From contig JAHBMJ010000071.1 in the NCBI GenBank assembly GCA_018398765.1, positions 1 through 58,242 on the forward strand: DNA of 58,242 nucleotides, given 5' to 3'. This DNA comes from Chromera velia. Taxonomy: Eukaryota. Positions 52,142-58,242 of this stretch are shown one piece after another. The notes below the pieces were generated by a model. That model was not told the origin of the DNA. It was given only the letters and a program-made list of their open reading frames with translations, and searched no databases. A program made the translations under genes and the position numbers. How positions within the stretch are numbered: the stretch's first letter is position 1; each line of letters starts with the position of its first letter.

Positions 52142-53268
52142 TATAACCACCTTCCGTGTTGCAAAGCTTGAAAGTCCGCGCCGCATATCTTGAAAGCCAA
52201 AGCCGTATATCTAGATGGTGTTTTAACCGTCTACACCGCAGGCGTGGATGGTCTCTTAAAAAAAGATGCCGCAGATAGAGATGATCTTAATTATATTTTT
52301 TTAAGTGGCACTTAGGTTTAGGGAGGTTTCACGTTTATTCACGTTAACACCATGTATTAGCGAAGTCCTTGTACGTCATTAATTTTCTTATTAGAAAACG
52401 TATCTAATAGCAGAGCTCTTCTTATTTCTTCTTCTCAACCGTCTTGAAGCCTCTCCAGCCGTCTCTAGCCCTCTACGGCATTTACAGATACCGCGGCTAT
52501 GCCTTTGCGCAGCCAACAACCGTGATTGAGGGTTTTGTCATGCACCATATATTAATATGTATTAATATGGGAAGGGGAACCTGTTGCATGCATGTACCAC
52601 GATCATGGACGCACCTCTCAGTGCTCTCACCCTATCTCACCCCTGGGGGCCACGGCATGTCCCGTAGGGACATTACAATTCAGGCATGCAGTTTCAGAAA
52701 CTTAATTTTGACGGAATCGCCCCGCGGGCCCCGCGGCCCCCCCGCGCGCACGCGCGGGAAACTAAAAAAACCCCTTAACCAGCCGGATATACCCCTTTGC
52801 GCACGCAATACTCTGCCGTCTCCGATCGTCTCGGCAGCTCGAGCTCAGCTAGCCATGCATAGCTAGCCGGTCTTATCCTGTCTTCATGTGTCTGACAATG
52901 CCGCGGACTTGAATCTCTCTTTGATCCATCCTAGCTCCTAATAGCTCCTATTCCGACTGACGAGTGGAGTGGTACATGATGTATGCCATTGTATGCCTCT
53001 CCGGACGTGCACATGTACTGTCAACCAATATCGGCAATGTCGATTCCTTCATAGATTGTGTGATGGTATCGTCGTCTCTTTGATGATGTTCGGTATTCGT
53101 TTGTTTCCGTGTGACAGAGAGGCAAGAGGATACACAAAGGAAGTATCAATGCTCCAAATGATTTAGTTCTCACCAACATCTGTGCTGAGGCTATCCTTTT
53201 TTTTGCAGTATTTTGAAGGGAAGGCTATTTGTTCAGGTTCAAAAATCCTGTCTGCAGTGGCCACTAAT

Positions 53269-54770
53269 ATGGGCTCGTGCGTCGGAAAGAACAGTCGAGA
53301 AAGTCGCGTGGTCTCCCAGGCCCGCACTGCACCCTCCACTCCCATCTGGTCTTCGCGAAACGCTTCGAGAGGTGAGCAGATAATCATTAATTGGATTTTG
53401 ACACGCTGGTGTAGCGAAAGGGGGAGAGGCTCACGCGTGTGGGATTCATGGGCTGCGTTGCATCAACTATGGCCAAATGTATGCTGCTCTCTCACAGTCC
53501 GTGCTGCTTCCCATGCACATGGAGAAAGCGTTTTGCTTGTTTGCACGCCTCTGAATGTCTGTCTACTTGCCTCCATGCAGAGTTCGAGACGGTAGTGACA
53601 AGAGAGTGGGGGGTTCCTCAAAGTGCGCGTATGTCGGTGAATCCCTCCCCATCTCCGTCTGAAGGGGGGAGAAGCGGAATCGGCAGCGGTAGCAAGAGTC
53701 TGCAGATGGACTTGGCCCCTCTCTTCAGGCGGCCGGTCGGGAGGGTCATTCGGTCATTCCGACCTGTGACCGCAGAGAGTCTCCGCGCGGCTCTCGAGGC
53801 TTTCATCATGAGGGGGGAGACGGACGACCTCTGCCTGCTGCTGTTTGTGGGGGCTGATATAGATGGCTTTGTGGACGGACAGACAGCGCTCATGAGAGCC
53901 ATTGACGCCCGCAGCTCGTCTGCTGTTCGAGTGCTCGTAGAGGCGGGGGCCAACCTTGAGTTGCAGTGCGTGGGTGGGGCGCTCGGAGGAGAGACAGCGC
54001 TCCACCTCGCGTGCAGAACAGAGCAGCCCGAGGTGGGTAAGTTCCTCCTTTCTATGGGGGCAAACTGCAACGCCGAGACGGCGGAGGGGTGGAGAGCCCT
54101 GCACCTCGCGGCCTTCTCCGGGTGGCTTGGCTTGGTGAGATCTCTGCTTTTGCACGGTGCAGAGCTCCATGCGAAAAGCTTCTACGGAGACACGGCGCTT
54201 CATCGAAGCGTGTTTGGAGGTCAGAGAGCCGTGACCGAGCTGCTGCTCGACCGGGGCGCCCGAGTGAATGAGAAAGGAGAGAACGACACCACCCCCCTCT
54301 TCTACACCGTCCTCCCACGAGCGGGGGGACAAGAGCTGACTGACAACAGAGACATCGCAGAGCTCCTCCTTTCCAGGGGAGCAGATGCGAATGCAAAGGA
54401 GAGTGTGAGGGGCAGGACCGTCCTCCACGAGGCGGCCTGTTGGGGGTCTGCAGACGTTGTGCAGGCCCTGCTTGTGAAGGGGGGTGCGGATGTGCACGCG
54501 ACTAGCAAGTGCGGCTGCACAGCGCTGCACTACTCAGCGTTTCGCGTGAAGCTCATGAATGAGTGCGGAGTTGATATGAAGAAGAAACTTGAAATAGCAA
54601 AAACGCTCGTCTCCCACGGTGTTGACGTGAAAGCGGTAGACAACCTGGGCATGTCAGCCTCCCGAGTTGCCGAGATGTACCTCGCTGCAGACTCCCCTAT
54701 CCGCACCTTCCTTGCAGAAGTGACCCAAGGACAGTCTGCCCCTTTGTCGGGGAAGGCGGTAGCCACTTAG
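53269..54770 (+). CDS. Ankyrin-repeat protein (~430 aa; exons 53269-53371 and 53581-54770) with a predicted N-acylation motif
   Basis: About 7 ANK repeats (GQTALM, GETALHLA, GWRALHLA, GDTALH, DTTPLF, GRTVLHEA, GCTALHY). A GT-AG intron at 53372-53580 joins the MGSCVGK... exon in frame. Confidence 0.92.
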
Positions 54771-56267
54771 CCCAGCGACCCCCCCTCTATTTAAGAAGCC
54801 AGAGGTCGATAAGATCAGAAAGAAAGACGGGATGGGTGGGCAGGCGGACAAGAAAGCAGGCAGAAATACTACTAGCATGATCCGCTATGCGTCTTTCGTC
54901 CTTTTCTCTCTCTCTTGGCGTCCTTCTTTGTTCAGAAGCGGCTGACATGACATACATTGATGTGAAAGGAAGGCTTCAGGGAGAAAGACGGGAGATGGGG
55001 TACGGACTGCATGAGTCTATCTGCATCTGAGTGTAAGTGGACGACGAATTGTGTCTTCCTTTCACAGTGTCTGTATCTTTTAGAATTCGCTTCTTGAGTC
55101 TGGCGATGACGTTCATTCATCGTTCCGGTGTGCAAGTCGTGTATGCTTGCGTCAACTGCAGCAGGAGGGAGCGTCAACTGCTCTGGCAGCCCCCCTTCAG
55201 TTGTTTTTTTCCAACTATATCCCCTCTGTCATGCATTGCATGGGTGGCTTTTTTGAAATGAGCAGAGAAAGAAACCTCTCCCTTATCTGAAGCGAAGGAT
55301 CGACGATGGGGAGAGGTGCCTGCCGGCTCTTTCTTGTTTGTGGGATGCACCCAGAGAGTCCGGGATGCCGATAGAGCCAGGAACTGTTGCACAGGGAGGC
55401 AATGGGAAAGGAGACTGTCAGTCAGTCTGAAAGAAAGAGATTCATCAGATAAAGAAAACAAACAAAAGGACGGACGCGTCCGGCCGATGGAGACTGATGA
55501 AGATCTGAAAAAGAAGAGAGTTGAGGTAGAGGTTCCAAGGTTCACGAAAAAGCGAATGAATAAGGAATAAGCGAATAAAGAAAGAAGTAGTAGATAAATG
55601 TAGCATAGGCGTGTGCACACGAGAAGGAAGAGAACCACGGACAAATTTTCTCTTCCCCCCCCTCTCTTCATGGGTGCTTGATGAAAGGCGCGACAAGTCC
55701 GTTGGTTGACCCTGTGTGAATGGCAGTTCTTTCCTTTCCTTTCCTTTCTGTCTTCTCACGATTTAATTTTGTTTCTTTCTTTCAACATGGATGGACCCCC
55801 TGCGATTGGTGTCGGGGTGTGCTTTGGTCGTGGGGACATGTATTTTGTTCTTTCTTTTGTGTCTGTCCCATTCCCTCCCATCCCCTGGTCCTCCTTCTCT
55901 GTAGCTTTGTGGCAGTGACCCTTGGGGGCAAAAAAACTTTTTTGATTTTCTTTTTTTTTAAAGGGGAAAACAAGTGAGTACATGGGTGCAAGAAGAGGAA
56001 AGACAAGCAGCAAGGACGGGAAGGGGAAGGAAATGAGATGGAAGGGTGGGGAATGAGTGGAGCGGGTAAGGGTGAGCCTCCTTCCTCTCTGGCTTGTTGC
56101 CTGCCTGCCTATCTTGTTCTCTTCCTTTTTTTTTTTTAAGGTGCATGCGCTGCAATGGGTTCCCCTCCTCCTCCCCCTTCGAGATTCTCCGTTCCTTCCT
56201 TCCTTCCTTTGTGTTACCCGTAAGGTTCACTGGTTAGGCTTACGCCGCAGATGAGTGTGGATGTGTG

Positions 56268-56300
<33 letters not shown>

Positions 56301-57241
56301 AGGGAGAGAAAAACGGGGAGGCATTGCCTCTGGCTGGCTTCCTTTGTTCTGCATCTTTGCAGTATGAAGGGGCTGCCTCGCTAATTCAGTGAGTAAGAAG
56401 AAAAGAGCACTCATCCATCTATCTATCCGCATTATGACCAAGTGAATATGAACCCGTGACTCCTCTTCCGACGGACCTGAATCGTACTCACCGTCTCACC
56501 GTGCGTGATTGTGAGTGAGGAAGTGAGAGAGAGTGCGTGCCTGGGATGGAGGTGTGCCTCTGTGGGTGTTCTTAAAATGGTTATCGCCTCCATTGCCATC
56601 AAATCGACTCAAATGGTCTCGATTCTTTGTTCAGTGGGTTGGCTTTCCGTCTTGGTGACGGTTTTTTCCACTCTATTCGTCTCTAACCCCCCCTTCTCTC
56701 CCCTCCCCACTCTCCACCTCTATCACTTGCTTGTTTCATGCGAATGCAGTGACTTTGTTTTATTTGTCTTCTCGTTTGTTCGCTTCCTAGCTCGAGTGTT
56801 GCCGCATGATTTTGAAAGAGAACGAAGTGTGTGAGATGAAGTGAGGCAAGCTTGGAGTGATTGCTTCTGAAGCTGATTCTTCGTGAATTGACATGAAAGG
56901 GCAAAGCGGGCGCCTGCTTCCAAGAAGTTTCTTGCTGCTCATTGGATAAAGAACGACTATTTGAAGTAAGGCTGAAAGAAAATGTGCCAACGGCAGAGGC
57001 AGAGAAGAGACACACAGTAAAGCTCCGACGGGGACAAAAAACAAGCAAGAAAGAGAGAAGCCTTTCAGCCAGGCGTCTCAACAGCAAAGTCGAAGAGAGG
57101 GAGTTGCCCCAACAAACAAAAGGGGAATTAACCGAAAGAGAGAGCACAGAGTTAAGCAAAAGCGGGCGTTCCAATTCAGGGACTATCTGAGAAGATGAGA
57201 CAGGGTGGGGAAAAAAGAGAGATGCTAGGCAGTGGGGAGGG

Positions 57242-58140
57242 GTGTTGCAGATGTTCGATTATGTGAGGAGAGAGAGAAGGAAAGCGGTACAGCGAGAAAG
57301 GGAGACGCGAATAGACGACCTGTCTCACAGTCCCTCCTTTCTCTTCGAAAGGCTCTCACACGTTGTCGAATCGGCATGAATGCGGGCAGAGTGCGATATT
57401 GCACAGCGAATTTCTGACTCTTATTCCTTTCTCATCCCCCCTCTGTCCCTTTCCATGCTTCCGCGTCTTACCTTTAATTGCGTGACTTTCTATTTCTGGT
57501 CAGATTACGATTTGTGGTGGATGCAACCTTGTCAAGCAGTGCTGCTGGACGATTGCTGTCCCTCTGCCTTCATGTGGCTTTTCTTCTTTTGCCTTTTCTC
57601 GTTGTTCTCCCTCCTTCTGGACCCCCCTTTTCACTCTTCCTCTTGTAGAGCTTTGTCTGTTCATGGATGTGACAAAAGCTGCCAGAGAGCTGCCAGAGAG
57701 TAAGGAGACGTGTTGCAGATGTGCGATTATGTGAGGAGAGACAAAGGGAAAGAGAGACAATCAGACAGGGAGACGCGAATTGACGACCTGTCTCACAGTC
57801 CCTCCTTTCTCTTCGGGGGCCCCTTACACATTCGACCAGCATGAACGGGGGTTTGCAGCTTGATTTCTCTTGCTCCCTGATTCATTCTTCGCAAACCCCT
57901 TTTTCCCTTCTCTTTGCATCCCCGTCTTGCCTTTAATTGCATGTAATTCTGTCCCAGGAATAATTATGAGTCGCGCAAGCGATTAAACTTTGTCAAGCAG
58001 TGCTGCTAGACATTTTTTCCCTCATTCTTCAAGTAGCTTTTTCTCCTTTGGTATTTCTCTTTCTTCCTTTTCCTCCTTTTTTCCTCATCTTTTCTCTCTC
58101 TCGTGTGGTTCGCTTCTACTCATGGATGTGACAAAAGGCT
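57242..58140. repeat. Diverged tandem duplication, period ~465 bp
   Basis: Blocks GTGTTGCAGATGT.CGATTATGTGAGGAGAGA, GACGACCTGTCTCACAGTCCCTCC, TTGTCAAGCAGTGCTGCT and TCATGGATGTGACAAAAG recur in order from 57242 and from 57710. Confidence 0.85.
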
Positions 58141-58242
58141 CTGGCCGGAGGACTGTCGTTTGTCAATTTGACTTCTCCTGTCCACAGAGGAAGGGAGAGA
58201 ATGATTATGGAGCAGGTGTGCTGTATGGAGTAGGGCGGGGCC

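Noticed and set aside
54900..57240. Possible exons of a further gene (similarly 38900-40100)
   Set aside because: Intron-like composition with short ORFs. No coherent model or recognisable protein.

Overview
Eukaryotic, intron-rich genomic DNA dominated by decayed transposable elements. The TGCATGCA motifs, intron style and gene content suggest an alveolate, possibly a chromerid, but this is inference only. Host genes: a multi-exon Patched/NPC1-family sterol-sensing transporter (minus, ~40.1-46.7 kb), a two-exon ankyrin-repeat protein with an MGSC N-terminus (plus, 53269-54770), and a probable multi-exon hypothetical gene (minus, ~12.8-17.6 kb). Mobile DNA: the 3' end of one Ty1/copia element; a complete 7.6-kb copia element with 443-bp LTRs, PBS, PPT and TSD; a cluster of three LINEs (26-38.6 kb) plus short LINE tails; five 0.94-1.25-kb non-autonomous DNA transposons (one MULE-like, two hAT-like, two Tc1/mariner-like); tandem repeats; and one assembly-overlap artefact. 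Most notable: (1) the repeats show heavy C>T/G>A hypermutation in CpG and non-CpG contexts (26 of 28 LTR differences are transitions by hand count; conserved motifs are broken by single C>T/G>A changes) while host genes are intact, suggesting a RIP-like or methylation-driven repeat defence; (2) two TA-flanked elements with unrelated TIRs carry the same ~0.9-kb unidentified cargo; (3) the copia element has non-canonical termini and a 1.7-kb extra 3' region.
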